NCBI GenBank assembly: GCA_038217285.1
Contig: JBBQPO010000087.1
Span: 1 to 20,398 of the forward strand
DNA length: 20,398 nucleotides
Direction of reading: 5' to 3'
Source: Chthonomonadales bacterium
Lineage (GTDB): Bacteria; Armatimonadota; Chthonomonadetes; Chthonomonadales; Chthonomonadaceae
Each line of letters starts with the position of its first letter. Position 1 is the first letter of the stretch. The notes beneath the pieces were generated by a model. That model saw nothing but the letters and a program-made list of their open reading frames with translations. It had not been told where the DNA came from and made no database searches. Positions 1 to 9,092 of the stretch are shown piece after piece. The position numbers were made by a program, and so were the translations under genes.

Positions 1-1056
1 GGCCACGGTCTGCACCAACTGCGTCGGTTCGCCCAGTGGCGCGAGATCCAGAAACCAGACTCCGTCGGGATATTCCGTCTGGCTCTGCCCGGCCGCCTCG
101 ATCGCCAGACGCGTTTTGCCCATTCCCCCCGCCCCGGTCAGGGAAAGCAGGCAGCAGGTTCCCAGGCGTTCCCGGATGACCCGCACCTCCTCCTTTCTGC
201 CGATCAGTTCCGTCACTGCGCGCGGCAGGTGGACGTTGCAGTCAAGGCCATTGCCAGGGTTCGATGCCGTGACAACAGCGGTGCGAACGCCGAGGAGCAG
301 GGAGGTTTGCACGGCAGTCTGCGTGTGAAGCGAGGTATAGAGCGCGGTGATCTGTGCAGCGGGGGCACAGCGATGTTCCTCCAGAAGCAGGACCCGCAAG
401 GCGCGGTACGCCTCCGCTGCTGCGGCCGCCTCACCGTTCTTGACCAGCGCTTCCATAAGCAGACGCGTGAGATTCTCGCGGGAAGGCTCCATGCGCAGTG
501 CGCGCCGCAGCATCTCGATACGGCCCGCCAATTCACCCGATTCAACCTCAAGCGTTGCCAACCGCTCGACTGAGGTCAAGAACGCCTCTTTCCGTTGCGC
601 CTGTTCGTCGGAGGCCCAGAGCTCGTAGCAGTCTTCCAACAGCGAAGCGGTGTAGAGCGAAACCGCCTGCTCCAGCGAGGCTCTGTTATTGCGATCCACA
701 AGCGCAGCGTCAAACGCCAGAACATCGGCGTTTTCGGGGGTAAGGGTCAGAAGCAAGGTATGGCGGGTCGGAGATTGGAGCAGGGGCGCGGCGGAGCCCA
801 GCGCTTTTCGGAGGTCGGTCAAGGCGCGTTTGAGATTGTCGAGGGCCTGAGCATCGTCGCTGTCGGGCCAGAGGGTGCCGGCAAGCCAGGCGCGGGCGAT
901 CTGGCGATTGGCCCGCAGCGTGAGCAGAGCGAGCAGCCAGAGACCACGCCGCGAACGCAGGGCAGGCAGCGGCATACCATCGACCTCCACGCGCGGGGGG
1001 CCGAACAGCCGGATCCGGAAACCGCTCTTCGTTTCACTCGCTCCTGGCATTGCCAT
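1..1056 (-). CDS. AfsR/SARP-family transcriptional regulator (winged-HTH + BTAD + NB-ARC/STAND ATPase), 3' end outside window
   Basis: Manual minus-strand translation from ATG 1056 (alternative 1050): MAMPGASETKSGFRIRLFGPPRVEVDG...RGLWLLALLTLRANRQIARAWLAGTLWPDSDDAQALDNLKRALTDLRKAL (SARP wHTH), a BTAD-like helical region, then HLPRAVTELIGR...LLSLTGAGGMGKTRLAIEAA (Walker A)...DGVWFLDLAPL. The frame runs off the window edge, which explains its absence from the ORF track. Confidence 0.9.
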   Translation of the reverse strand, partial: MAMPGASETKSGFRIRLFGPPRVEVDGMPLPALRSRRGLWLLALLTLRANRQIARAWLAGTLWPDSDDAQALDNLKRALTDLRKALGSAAPLLQSPTRHTLLLTLTPENADVLAFDAALVDRNNRASLEQAVSLYTASLLEDCYELWASDEQAQRKEAFLTSVERLATLEVESGELAGRIEMLRRALRMEPSRENLTRLLMEALVKNGEAAAAAEAYRALRVLLLEEHRCAPAAQITALYTSLHTQTAVQTSLLLGVRTAVVTASNPGNGLDCNVHLPRAVTELIGRKEEVRVIRERLGTCCLLSLTGAGGMGKTRLAIEAAGQSQTEYPDGVWFLDLAPLGEPTQLVQTVA

Positions 1057-1241
1057 GCAATCCTATCCTGGACCGCCGTCCTCAGAAATTAATTCGCGCG
1101 TTTTTTGCCCCGACCACTCAATTTCCGCGCTCTTGACCACGTGACCGTCCACGCCGTCCTGCGATACTGTGTTGGTAAGCTGTAGAAAGCGTGCGCGGAG
1201 CCGACAGAGAACCTTCCCACCGAAGGCGATCTTTCGGCCGC

Positions 1242-1257
1242 AGAACAGCGCTGTTCT
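1242..1257. promoter_or_regulatory. Perfect 16-bp palindrome, candidate operator in the divergent promoter region
   Basis: AGAACAGCGCTGTTCT is its own reverse complement and lies between the divergent regulator and the PEP-CTERM gene. Confidence 0.4.
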
Positions 1258-1341
1258 TACCACGCTGGAAAGACCCGAGGGGAAACCTCCCTCCGGTCTA
1301 GTTATGCGCCCCGGCCTGCCGGAGCAGGAGAAACCTGAACG

Positions 1342-1944
1342 ATGCGAGCTATGCTCTTCCGCCTTTTGAAGGCGATGGTCCTCACGACGCTACTCTGTAC
1401 GGTACGCACCGCACACGCCCAGGCCATCACGGTCGATCTGAGCACCCTGGCTCAGGGCAGCCTCTTGCCGGGTACGGTAATCGACGCCCTGCCGGGCGAT
1501 TCGATCAACTTCTTCGGTGTCCTGACCAATACGCTGCCCGCCAATCCTTCTGGCGCAAACGACCTGATCATGGACAGCGTCGGCGGCAACATCCTCGGCC
1601 CCAGTTCGGACGTCACCCTGGACCCCACCGACTACTACACCAACTTCTTTCTGTTCGATCCGGCCAATCCCGGTCTGATCCAGGCGCAGCAGAGGATCCC
1701 TGTGAGTGGCACGGCCACAATATTTACGGTCACAGTCCCGTCCACGACGGCTCCCGGAACCTACTTCGGCACATTCGACATCTACGACTCCAATGCCGCT
1801 ATCCTGGGTGAAGCGCCTTTCACCCTGCAAGTCAACGCCCCTGCGAATACTCCAGAGCCGTCTGCGGGCGTCTTTCTGCTCTGCAGCGCCTCTTCCCTGT
1901 TCCTCGTCATGCGACGTAAGAAACGCGCCTACCACACCCGTTAG
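1342..1944 (+). CDS. PEP-CTERM sorting domain-containing surface protein
   Basis: Signal peptide ending AHA|QA, beta-rich body, C-terminal TPEPS + hydrophobic segment + MRRKKR. GGAG lies upstream. Confidence 0.88.
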   Translation: MRAMLFRLLKAMVLTTLLCTVRTAHAQAITVDLSTLAQGSLLPGTVIDALPGDSINFFGVLTNTLPANPSGANDLIMDSVGGNILGPSSDVTLDPTDYYTNFFLFDPANPGLIQAQQRIPVSGTATIFTVTVPSTTAPGTYFGTFDIYDSNAAILGEAPFTLQVNAPANTPEPSAGVFLLCSASSLFLVMRRKKRAYHTR

Positions 1945-1999
1945 AAACTTCTAAACCTCACCCACTTGCCGCCCGATGAGGGGCGTTTCGGAGAACAAA

Positions 2000-4099
2000 G
2001 TGAAACAGATCCCTGCCTTGATTACCAGGGCCTTCCACAAACGCAGCTCTCTCGCCCTGAAAGGCCTGTCGGTCGCTGGCGCCCTGCTCTTGCTGCTAAG
2101 CGGCAACACCCCCCACGCAAACGCGCAGCATTACGGTGTCACGATCGTCACGCCGCCCGCGATCCAGTTCGTCAGCCCTGTCATCTTCTTCGCTGCCGAC
2201 ATGAACAATAACGGCGACGTTATTGCGACGACCGGAAACAACATTTACAGGGCCTTCGGATGGAGCGCCAACAGCGGCTCGGTCGAACTGCCTTTCGACA
2301 GGCCGTTCAATTTCTCCAGCACCTATGGCTACGGTGTCAGCGATGTGGGCGACTATGTCGGCGAGGACGGATACAGCAGACCGGCGGTCTACCGCTCCGG
2401 GACGCAATCCAACAACATCCTTGTCACGGGCCTCATTCCCCTGCCTGGTTTTCCCGGCACCGTTGCCCCCTATTTTGGACAGGGTCAGGGCCTAGCCGTC
2501 AGCGGGACGACCGGACTTGTCGCCGGTTGGGGTTCTCCCGTAGACCCGGGCGCCATCTCCTCCTCGGGAGCAAAGCATGCCTATGCCTGGCCCTCCAACA
2601 GCACCTTCGTCGACATGGGCGGCGGTCCGTTCGGCTTCAGTATCGCGTACAGCGTCAACAGCCACAACAATGTCGCGGGCATCGTACAGACCGCGCAGTT
2701 CCAAGATGTCAACGGCATTACCCGGACCCGAAACAACGGCTTTGTACAGAGCATCCTCGATTTCGGCGTGTTTTTCGCGGCGTCCGGCAAGATCCTGCTC
2801 CCGACGCTTGGGGGAGACAGTTGTTTCGTAGCACAGATCAACGACAGCGATCTCGTGGCAGGATCCACCCAAACCGCCTCGGGTCTCACACACGCCTGTC
2901 TCTGGGATCCAGATCAGTTTCTACCGGTCGTCACAGACCTGACTCCGCTGGACTCGACCCCGAGCTATGCGCACAGCATCAACAATGGGGGCGTCGTGGT
3001 CGGTCAGCGAACGGTCAACGGCGCGCGAGGCTTTCTCTGGGACAGCGTTCACGGAATGCAGGACCTGAACACCATGCTCCCCGCTGGCTGGTCCTGCTAT
3101 GATGCCATCAAGATCAACGACAATGGTCAGATACTGGCCAACTGTGTGTTCAATGGGATCTTCAGCGTGGTCGTCCTGACCCCACAGCCCACCCCGACCC
3201 TGTCCGGTCTTAATCCCTCTACGGTCGCAGGCGCCACGGCAGTCTCGCCGTTTACGGTCACGGGAACGAACTTCACCGCTTCTTCAAAGATCCATGTGCA
3301 CCAGATCTTTCCCGGAGGAACTCTCGATCAGGATCTGGCGACGACGTTTGACTCGCCGACCCAACTCCATACCAGTATACTCGCCAACCTGCTGACCCAT
3401 ACTGATAACGTTGCGGTCACAGTCCTCGACCCGGTGCGCGGCCCTACCGGCGGTCTGACATTGACGGTCACGCAGGGGGCGATTCCGACGCTGGCCGGCG
3501 TCACGCCGAACCCCGTTCCCGTCGGAACCGCTGTACCGAAACTGACGGTAACCGGAACGAACTTCAAGGCGGCTTCGAAAATCCATCTTTATCAGATCAC
3601 CGGCTTCAACGGGTCCGACTTTACTTTCATCAACCTGGACCTGCCAACGACCTACGATTCGGCGAACCAGCTTCACACCAGTATCCCGGCCAACCTGCTG
3701 AGCCTCTATTCGGGAGCGTATATCACGGTCATCGATCCGGTTCTCGGGGCCGGTCCGGGCCTGTCGCTCAGTGTCGTCGGCGTGCCTAAGATATCGATCT
3801 CCTCCGTCGTCGCTACCCGTATTGCGGGACCGGGCAGCTCCCTCTCGGTGCTGATCACCTTCGCGAACACCGGCACGGCAGACGCCCTTAACGCGACGGT
3901 CAGCGCCGCGAGCCAACTCAAGCTGAACGGGGTCAACACCACCACCGGCACGCCGTTCACCATCGACGCGATCTACACTGGACAGGGCATCCTCGTGACC
4001 TTCCCCGGCAGCATCCTGCCCGGCAACCGTGTCCTGTCCCTCACGATGTCATACGATGGAGGCAGCTTCACCGCCTCGAAACTCGTCGTCATTCCGTAA
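2000..4099 (+). CDS. Secreted protein with HAF-type extracellular repeats and two tandem IPT/TIG-like domains
   Basis: Probable GTG start at 2000 after GGAG (track start 1976). Hydrophobic signal ending ANA|Q. Repeats such as LPTLGGDSCFVAQINDSDLVAG...HACLWD and SYAHSINNGGVVVG...GFLWDSVHGMQDLN, then two PTL.G..P...TVTGTNF.A.SKIH units. Confidence 0.8.
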   Translation: MKQIPALITRAFHKRSSLALKGLSVAGALLLLLSGNTPHANAQHYGVTIVTPPAIQFVSPVIFFAADMNNNGDVIATTGNNIYRAFGWSANSGSVELPFDRPFNFSSTYGYGVSDVGDYVGEDGYSRPAVYRSGTQSNNILVTGLIPLPGFPGTVAPYFGQGQGLAVSGTTGLVAGWGSPVDPGAISSSGAKHAYAWPSNSTFVDMGGGPFGFSIAYSVNSHNNVAGIVQTAQFQDVNGITRTRNNGFVQSILDFGVFFAASGKILLPTLGGDSCFVAQINDSDLVAGSTQTASGLTHACLWDPDQFLPVVTDLTPLDSTPSYAHSINNGGVVVGQRTVNGARGFLWDSVHGMQDLNTMLPAGWSCYDAIKINDNGQILANCVFNGIFSVVVLTPQPTPTLSGLNPSTVAGATAVSPFTVTGTNFTASSKIHVHQIFPGGTLDQDLATTFDSPTQLHTSILANLLTHTDNVAVTVLDPVRGPTGGLTLTVTQGAIPTLAGVTPNPVPVGTAVPKLTVTGTNFKAASKIHLYQITGFNGSDFTFINLDLPTTYDSANQLHTSIPANLLSLYSGAYITVIDPVLGAGPGLSLSVVGVPKISISSVVATRIAGPGSSLSVLITFANTGTADALNATVSAASQLKLNGVNTTTGTPFTIDAIYTGQGILVTFPGSILPGNRVLSLTMSYDGGSFTASKLVVIP
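3194..3775 (+). repeat. Intragenic tandem duplication of a ~95-aa Ig/IPT-like domain (~3194-3470 and ~3485-3775)
   Basis: TVTGTNFTASSKIH...TTFDSPTQLHTSILANLL...VTVLDPVRG versus TVTGTNFKAASKIH...TTYDSANQLHTSIPANLL...ITVIDPVLG. Confidence 0.85.
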
Positions 4100-4137
4100 A
4101 AGATGCGCGTCTAAGCGCAGGTTCTGGGGTAAAATCG

Positions 4138-4171
4138 GGAGGTCGGATCCAAAAGGTCTGGCCTCCTTTTT
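4138..4171 (+). terminator. Putative intrinsic terminator
   Basis: GGAGGTCGGA/TCTGGCCTCC stem (two G-U pairs) followed by TTTTT, downstream of the stop at 4099. Confidence 0.5.
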
Positions 4172-4206
4172 GATCGAGTGACGACAAATCCGGAGCAAGG
4201 AACAGT

Positions 4207-5241
4207 ATGGCGGCAGTTATGGGACACATCACGGTACTGGGGGCGGGAAGTTGGGGAACGGCGCTGGCGGCGTTGCTGGCGGCGAACGGGCATGCGGTCC
4301 GGCTCTGGGCACGAGAGGAGAGTCTGGTGAACGCGCTACGGATGGATCGCGAGAACGCCCGCTATCTGCCGGGCATCGCCTTTTCGCCGCTGATCCAGCC
4401 GACGACCAGCCGCGCAGAAGCCGTCGCACAGACCGAGGTGGTGGTGTTCGCTGTGCCGAGCGGGGCAATGCGGCAGGTTGCGGAAGAGTTCGCGCCGTAT
4501 CTTGCGCCGGATGTCCTGTTGCTGTCGGCTTCCAAGGGGCTGGAAGACGGTACGGGCCTGCGGATGAGTCAGGTGCTGGCAGCGATCCTGCCGAACACGG
4601 AAGCGCGGACAGTAGTGCTCTCCGGCCCAAACCTGGCGGTAGAGATGGCGCGCGGGGTGCCGACGGCGAGTGTGGCCGCTTCTACCAACCCGCAGGCGGC
4701 CACGGCCATTCAGCAGTTGTTCACGCACCAGGCCTCTCCGACCTTTCGGGTCTATACCGGTGCAGATGTCATCGGCGTGGAGTTGGGCGGAGCGATCAAA
4801 AACGTCATTGCGATCGGCGCGGGCGTGTGCGATGGTCTGGGGTATGGCGACAACGCGAAGGCCGCCCTGATGACCCGTGGTCTGACCGAGGCGGTACGCC
4901 TCGGTCGGGCGCAGGGCGCGGAGGAGGCTACCTTTCTCGGCCTCTCTGGCGTCGGCGACCTCATCGCCACGGGCGCCAGCGCGCTCTCCCGTAACTATCG
5001 CGTCGGCAAAGCGCTGGGCCAAGGCCGTTCCCTCTTCGACACCCTGGCGGAACTCGGACAGGTCGCTGAAGGTGTCCCGACGACCCGTGCCCTTTGCGAA
5101 CTCGCTGCCCGCAGCCAGGTCGAGATGCCGCTCTGCTCCGCCTTAAACGCCGTCCTCTTCGAGAACCGCTCTGCGCCTGAAATGATCCATGCACTCATGT
5201 TGCGTCCTCCCAAGCCGGAACGCATCGCGTCACAAAAATAA
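4207..5241 (+). CDS. gpsA: NAD(P)H-dependent glycerol-3-phosphate dehydrogenase
   Basis: GAGSWGTALA Rossmann motif, SKGLE, LSGPNLA, GVELGGAIKNVIAI, GLSGVGDLIAT, SRNY, VAEGVPTT. Confidence 0.97.
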   Translation: MAAVMGHITVLGAGSWGTALAALLAANGHAVRLWAREESLVNALRMDRENARYLPGIAFSPLIQPTTSRAEAVAQTEVVVFAVPSGAMRQVAEEFAPYLAPDVLLLSASKGLEDGTGLRMSQVLAAILPNTEARTVVLSGPNLAVEMARGVPTASVAASTNPQAATAIQQLFTHQASPTFRVYTGADVIGVELGGAIKNVIAIGAGVCDGLGYGDNAKAALMTRGLTEAVRLGRAQGAEEATFLGLSGVGDLIATGASALSRNYRVGKALGQGRSLFDTLAELGQVAEGVPTTRALCELAARSQVEMPLCSALNAVLFENRSAPEMIHALMLRPPKPERIASQK

Positions 5242-5262
5242 GATATTTCCGCGAGGTGAACA

Positions 5263-5589
5263 ATGACACAGGAATCGAAATTGAAAATGTGGACGCCACA
5301 GGAGGTGCAGGCGCGCCGGGAGACGGAGCCGAATCTGCTGTTGCTGGATGTACGCACCGAAGGGGAGTGGAACCAGCATCATATTCCCGGCGCGACTCTG
5401 CTGCCGATGCAGGTTATCACAGCCCGACTGAACGAACTGGATCCACAGCGCGAGACCATCGTGCTGTGCGAACATGGCGTTCGCAGCCAGCGGGTGGCGC
5501 AGTTTCTGGTGGAGCAAGCCGGTTTTGAGAATGTCGGCAATATGCTCGGGGGTATGAGCGCGTGGGAAGGCCCCGTCGAAGGCGGGTAA
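5263..5589 (+). CDS. Single-domain rhodanese-like sulfurtransferase
   Basis: LLDVRTEGEW...HIPGA, active-site loop CEHGVRS, C-terminal GGMSAW. RBS GAGG upstream. Confidence 0.92.
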   Translation: MTQESKLKMWTPQEVQARRETEPNLLLLDVRTEGEWNQHHIPGATLLPMQVITARLNELDPQRETIVLCEHGVRSQRVAQFLVEQAGFENVGNMLGGMSAWEGPVEGG

Positions 5590-5614
5590 AAAAGAGGGCA
5601 AGGAGATAAAACTG

Positions 5615-5917
5615 ATGGGATTTGTGAAGGTGAGCGAGACAGAGAAACTGGCTGCTGGGACGGGAACCGTGGTCGAGGCAGGCGGCAAGGAGTTGGCGCT
5701 GTTCAATGTGGGCGGCGAGTTTTTCTGCATCGACAACAGTTGTCCGCACCACGACGGCCCGCTCGGCGAAGGCGAACTGTACGGCGACGTCGTGATGTGT
5801 CCCTATCACGCGTGGCAGTTCAGCGTCCGCACCGGGGAAGGCATGTATGGCTGCGGAGTGGGCGTCCGCACCTACGACTGCAAGGTCGAGAACGGCGATG
5901 TTCTGGTTGACGTCTGA
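5615..5917 (+). CDS. Rieske [2Fe-2S] ferredoxin (NirD/dioxygenase ferredoxin-like)
   Basis: CPHHDGPL and CPYHAWQF Rieske ligand motifs. RBS AGGAG upstream. Confidence 0.93.
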   Translation: MGFVKVSETEKLAAGTGTVVEAGGKELALFNVGGEFFCIDNSCPHHDGPLGEGELYGDVVMCPYHAWQFSVRTGEGMYGCGVGVRTYDCKVENGDVLVDV

Positions 5918-5920
5918 GCC

Positions 5921-5965
5921 GCAACGAGCACGGGACGGAACAATATTCGGTCCCGTGCTCTTTGC
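5921..5965. terminator. Stem-loop between convergent genes (probable bidirectional terminator)
   Basis: Perfect 11-bp stem GAGCACGGGAC/GTCCCGTGCTC (5926-5936/5950-5960), extended by GCAA/TTGC. Confidence 0.7.
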
Positions 5966-5983
5966 GTGGTGTCACAGACGCGC

Positions 5984-7105
5984 TTAAGCGTCCAGGGCGT
6001 CTTTGGGGAGGCCGAGCGGCAGCGGCGCGGGTCGCTCGACGGTGCTGTGCATCTTGTAGTGGGTGTCGGAGGCGGAGGCGTCGTGGAAGCCGTGCATCGC
6101 TTCGAGGACATGGTAGCCGAGAGCGCCGCTGGCACGATGCGGTCGGCCGGACTGGATGGCGTAGGCCATATCCGCGACGCCAATGCCACGACTGTTGTCG
6201 GCGAAGCCGTGCGTGAGCGGTATCTCGCTCCACTCCTTTGCACCCATACGCCGCACCGATACCGGCCCGCCGAACCCGTTGGGATCGGGCACACGCAGCG
6301 AACCCTCCGTGCCGTAGATCTCGATGTTGGGCAGTTGGGAAGCCCAGACATCGAAACTGGTCAGGATCGTCCCAACTGCACCGTTGGCGAAGTCCATGAT
6401 CCCGGCGATATGGGTAGGGGTGTCCACGGTGATCTTCGTGCCGTATTTCGGGGCGCTGGTGACGATGCGCTCTGGGAACGTGACGCGCGCGGAGCCGGTG
6501 ATGCGCCGGATTGGGCCGATCAGGGAGACCAGGGCGGTCAGATAGTACGGCCCCATATCGAACATCGGGCCGCCGCCGAGCTTATAGTAGAACTCCGGAT
6601 CGGGATGCCAGGACTCATGGCCGTGGCAGAGCATAAAGGCGGTCGCGCCGATAGGCTCTCCGATCCAGCCATCGTCGATCAGCTTGCGGCAGGTCTGAAT
6701 TCCGCCACCGAGAAATGTGTCGGGGGCCGCTCCTACCCGCAGCCCTTTGGCGGTCGCGATGGTGAGAAGTTCCTGCCCCTGTTCCCGCGTGATGGAGAGC
6801 GGCTTTTCCACATGGACGTGCTTGCCCGCCAGGAGCGCGGCCTTGCAGACACTGTGATGCGCGTTCGGAATGGTCAGGTTGATGACGATCTGAATGTCGG
6901 GGTCGGCGAGCAGTTCGTCCGGGGTGCAGGCTTTCGGGACGCCGTGCTCCTCGGCTTTCGCCTGGGCGCGGGTCACATCGAGGTCGGCGCAGGCGACGAT
7001 GTCGAGGATCGGGAAGGTCTTCCCTGCCTTAAAATAGATGCCGCTGATGTTGCCGCATCCGATGATGCCTACTTTCACCGGCTGCGGCGACGGGTTAGAA
7101 CTCAT
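5984..7105 (-). CDS. Gfo/Idh/MocA-family NAD(P)-dependent oxidoreductase
   Basis: [48 protein letters not shown]. Confidence 0.95.
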   Translation of the reverse strand: MSSNPSPQPVKVGIIGCGNISGIYFKAGKTFPILDIVACADLDVTRAQAKAEEHGVPKACTPDELLADPDIQIVINLTIPNAHHSVCKAALLAGKHVHVEKPLSITREQGQELLTIATAKGLRVGAAPDTFLGGGIQTCRKLIDDGWIGEPIGATAFMLCHGHESWHPDPEFYYKLGGGPMFDMGPYYLTALVSLIGPIRRITGSARVTFPERIVTSAPKYGTKITVDTPTHIAGIMDFANGAVGTILTSFDVWASQLPNIEIYGTEGSLRVPDPNGFGGPVSVRRMGAKEWSEIPLTHGFADNSRGIGVADMAYAIQSGRPHRASGALGYHVLEAMHGFHDASASDTHYKMHSTVERPAPLPLGLPKDALDA

Positions 7106-7270
7106 AACGAAGACTGTCTCCTCTCACTTTTGCCTCCATTTCCGTTCCCGCCCCCCCTATTCCTCCCTCGTTCCCGAATCTCTGTGCGACATTCTCTGTT
7201 GAGAAGGATTGAGTGTCAACGGTGAAAGAGAGGCGCTCACATCTCCCTTCGTCTGCGATCTGGAAAGAGA

Positions 7271-8470
7271 TCAAAGAGAGAGGAGCGTTTGGCACAGGGT
7301 ATCTTTGATGGTGAGGGCTGTGCTGCGAATGAGGATCACACCGGCAGGGGGGTCAAGATCGAAGGGCAGTTCGTTGTCTTCGGTGACAATGAGCACGAGA
7401 TGCGCCTCGCCTTTTGTTTTGGAGGTGTCGCACAACGCTGTCGCCGCCTCATGCAGCTTTTCTCCTGGGCGTTGTACGCGCACGAATACAGGCTTGCCGC
7501 CTATGTTTTGTTTGAGGATCGCGTCCATTCCCTGATTACGCTGGACGATATGATAGTCCAACCCCTGAAGGTAGGTCAGGACATCGGTATCCTTGCGAGC
7601 ATACTCTTCACGTCCCTTTTTTAGCAGAGCAGACTCTGTTTTGAAGGGCTGTTCCAGCCGCTGACGGGTCAGGGCAACGGCTTCCGGCGAGATGTCGATG
7701 CCAACGGCATGACGCTCCAGAAGGTTCGAGGCGACCAGGGTTGTCCCGCTCCCACAGAAGGGATCTAAGACCCAATCGCCTTTGTCGGTACACAGGTTGA
7801 TAATCTGTTCCAGCAGCAGAACAGGCTTTTGTGTCGGATAGCCGACGCGCTCCTTCGCTTTCGGGTTGAGGTAAGGAATGTCCCACACGTCGCCTAAAGG
7901 AACGCCCTTTTTTGCTCCGTTAGAGAGAACCTGGCCCTGATCGTCCCTGGCATATACCACTTTGTTGCGATCATCACGGGCACGGCGTTGCGTGATTTGG
8001 TCGATATTGGTGGACGGCGAATAGTCGGTCAGAAGCGTATTAAACTTGAAATCCATACTCTTCGAGTAGAACAGAATAGTCTGATGGGCAGGAAGAAGCC
8101 CCTTCGAGGTATTCGACCAGCGTTTGTACGTCCAAATAATTTCGGACTGAAACCGTGCTGGCCCAAAGATCTGATCCAACACCAGTCGAGCGATATGCAC
8201 AGCGCTGCTGTCGCAATGAAAGAAAATCGAACCGGTGGAGGCGAGGACACGATGTAATTTGAGGAGCCGTTCGTGGAGAAAACGAGCGTACTCCTCCTGG
8301 GATGCCCAGAGGTCGCGGAAGGCAAAGGTCGCGCTGCCATCCCGTGTCGTAAGCGTGTGTTCTTTCTGCGTAAAGAAGGGCGGGTCAAGATAGATAAGGT
8401 CGAACTGACCTTCCGAAAGAGTATCGAGAACCGAGAGGCAGTCGCCAATCAGGGTTTTGATTTCTGCCAT
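7271..8470 (-). CDS. Site-specific DNA amino-methyltransferase (N6-A/N4-C, beta class), orphan
   Basis: Catalytic motif IV DPPF precedes motif I LDPFCGSGTT (beta order). Also YPTQKP and GDCL at the N-terminus. From memory it resembles the M.XbaI-type group (unverified). Confidence 0.93.
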   Translation of the reverse strand: MAEIKTLIGDCLSVLDTLSEGQFDLIYLDPPFFTQKEHTLTTRDGSATFAFRDLWASQEEYARFLHERLLKLHRVLASTGSIFFHCDSSAVHIARLVLDQIFGPARFQSEIIWTYKRWSNTSKGLLPAHQTILFYSKSMDFKFNTLLTDYSPSTNIDQITQRRARDDRNKVVYARDDQGQVLSNGAKKGVPLGDVWDIPYLNPKAKERVGYPTQKPVLLLEQIINLCTDKGDWVLDPFCGSGTTLVASNLLERHAVGIDISPEAVALTRQRLEQPFKTESALLKKGREEYARKDTDVLTYLQGLDYHIVQRNQGMDAILKQNIGGKPVFVRVQRPGEKLHEAATALCDTSKTKGEAHLVLIVTEDNELPFDLDPPAGVILIRSTALTIKDTLCQTLLSL

Positions 8471-8551
8471 TTTGCTATATTCTCTGCTGCAATAGATTGC
8501 AGCACGGCTTTCAGATCAACACACGAATATCTTGCTCTACTTTGTTTCCAA
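8449..8551 (-). pseudogene. Collapsed remnant of an ApaLI/XbaI-like restriction endonuclease gene
   Basis: GGAGG (8562-8558) + TTG (8551). An out-of-frame NKVEQDIRVL segment is joined at GTGTTG (8522-8517) to VDLKAVLQSIAAENIAKWQKSKP*, which overlaps the MTase ATG. Family similarity is recalled, not searched. Confidence 0.5.
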
Positions 8552-8603
8552 GAGGTGCCTCCCTTCACGTTATGCCTCTTCAGCAAAGTACACGCAAGGA
8601 GTA

Positions 8604-9092
8604 TCAAGAGAACTCTGGAAAAGCCCAGAAGACATAATCGGTATCCACGGTCTCTCCACCCAGTTGATCGACGAGGAGCGCTATCTGTCCGCGATGGTAG
8701 GAGGCGTGACCGACCAACTGAACGATCTGCACCTCAGTAGGCAGGGTAAAGCGACCGCCGTTCTCAGAGAACGTGAAATCCTGCGCCAGTTTGGTGTCGG
8801 TGAGTTGAGCGAGATAGTCGGTCCATTGGGCTTCGATAGCGGCAAAGCGGGGACGCAGGGCAGCGAGGTCGGACGTTCTGTTGAACCAGGAGACCAGGTT
8901 CAGACCGTCCCCCTGCATGAGATCCAGCCAGTTTTCCCGGCAAGCCACCAGATGATCGGCCAGCGTGACCGCCTGCTGGAACCGGGCATCGCTGCGATTG
9001 GCTCCCGGCACCGATTCGATCATCGCAAGCATCTTCTGATTGCAGTCTTTTTCGTACGTGTAGAGTTCCCGATAACGCTCTATTCCTGGCAT
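8604..9092 (-). CDS. DinB/YfiT-family putative metalloenzyme
   Basis: GGAGG RBS before ATG 9092 (MPGIERYRELY). DHL and HASYHRGQI His motifs. The track's upstream extension to 9170 is probably not real. Confidence 0.88.
   Translation of the reverse strand: MPGIERYRELYTYEKDCNQKMLAMIESVPGANRSDARFQQAVTLADHLVACRENWLDLMQGDGLNLVSWFNRTSDLAALRPRFAAIEAQWTDYLAQLTDTKLAQDFTFSENGGRFTLPTEVQIVQLVGHASYHRGQIALLVDQLGGETVDTDYVFWAFPEFS

Noticed and set aside
1243-1256. LexA (GAAC-N4-GTTC) box
   Set aside because: The spacer is N6, not N4.
1268-1324. Possible c-di-GMP-I (GEMM) riboswitch upstream of the PEP-CTERM gene (GAAA-looped hairpin, CCTCCGGTCTA...CTGCCG)
   Set aside because: It lacks the GGCAAA P1 strand and the GACGCAAAGC junction, so the resemblance is only partial. 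An Infernal search would settle it.
5966-7225. 419-aa plus-strand ORF
   Set aside because: Antisense shadow of the Gfo/Idh/MocA gene in GC-rich DNA, with no recognisable motifs.
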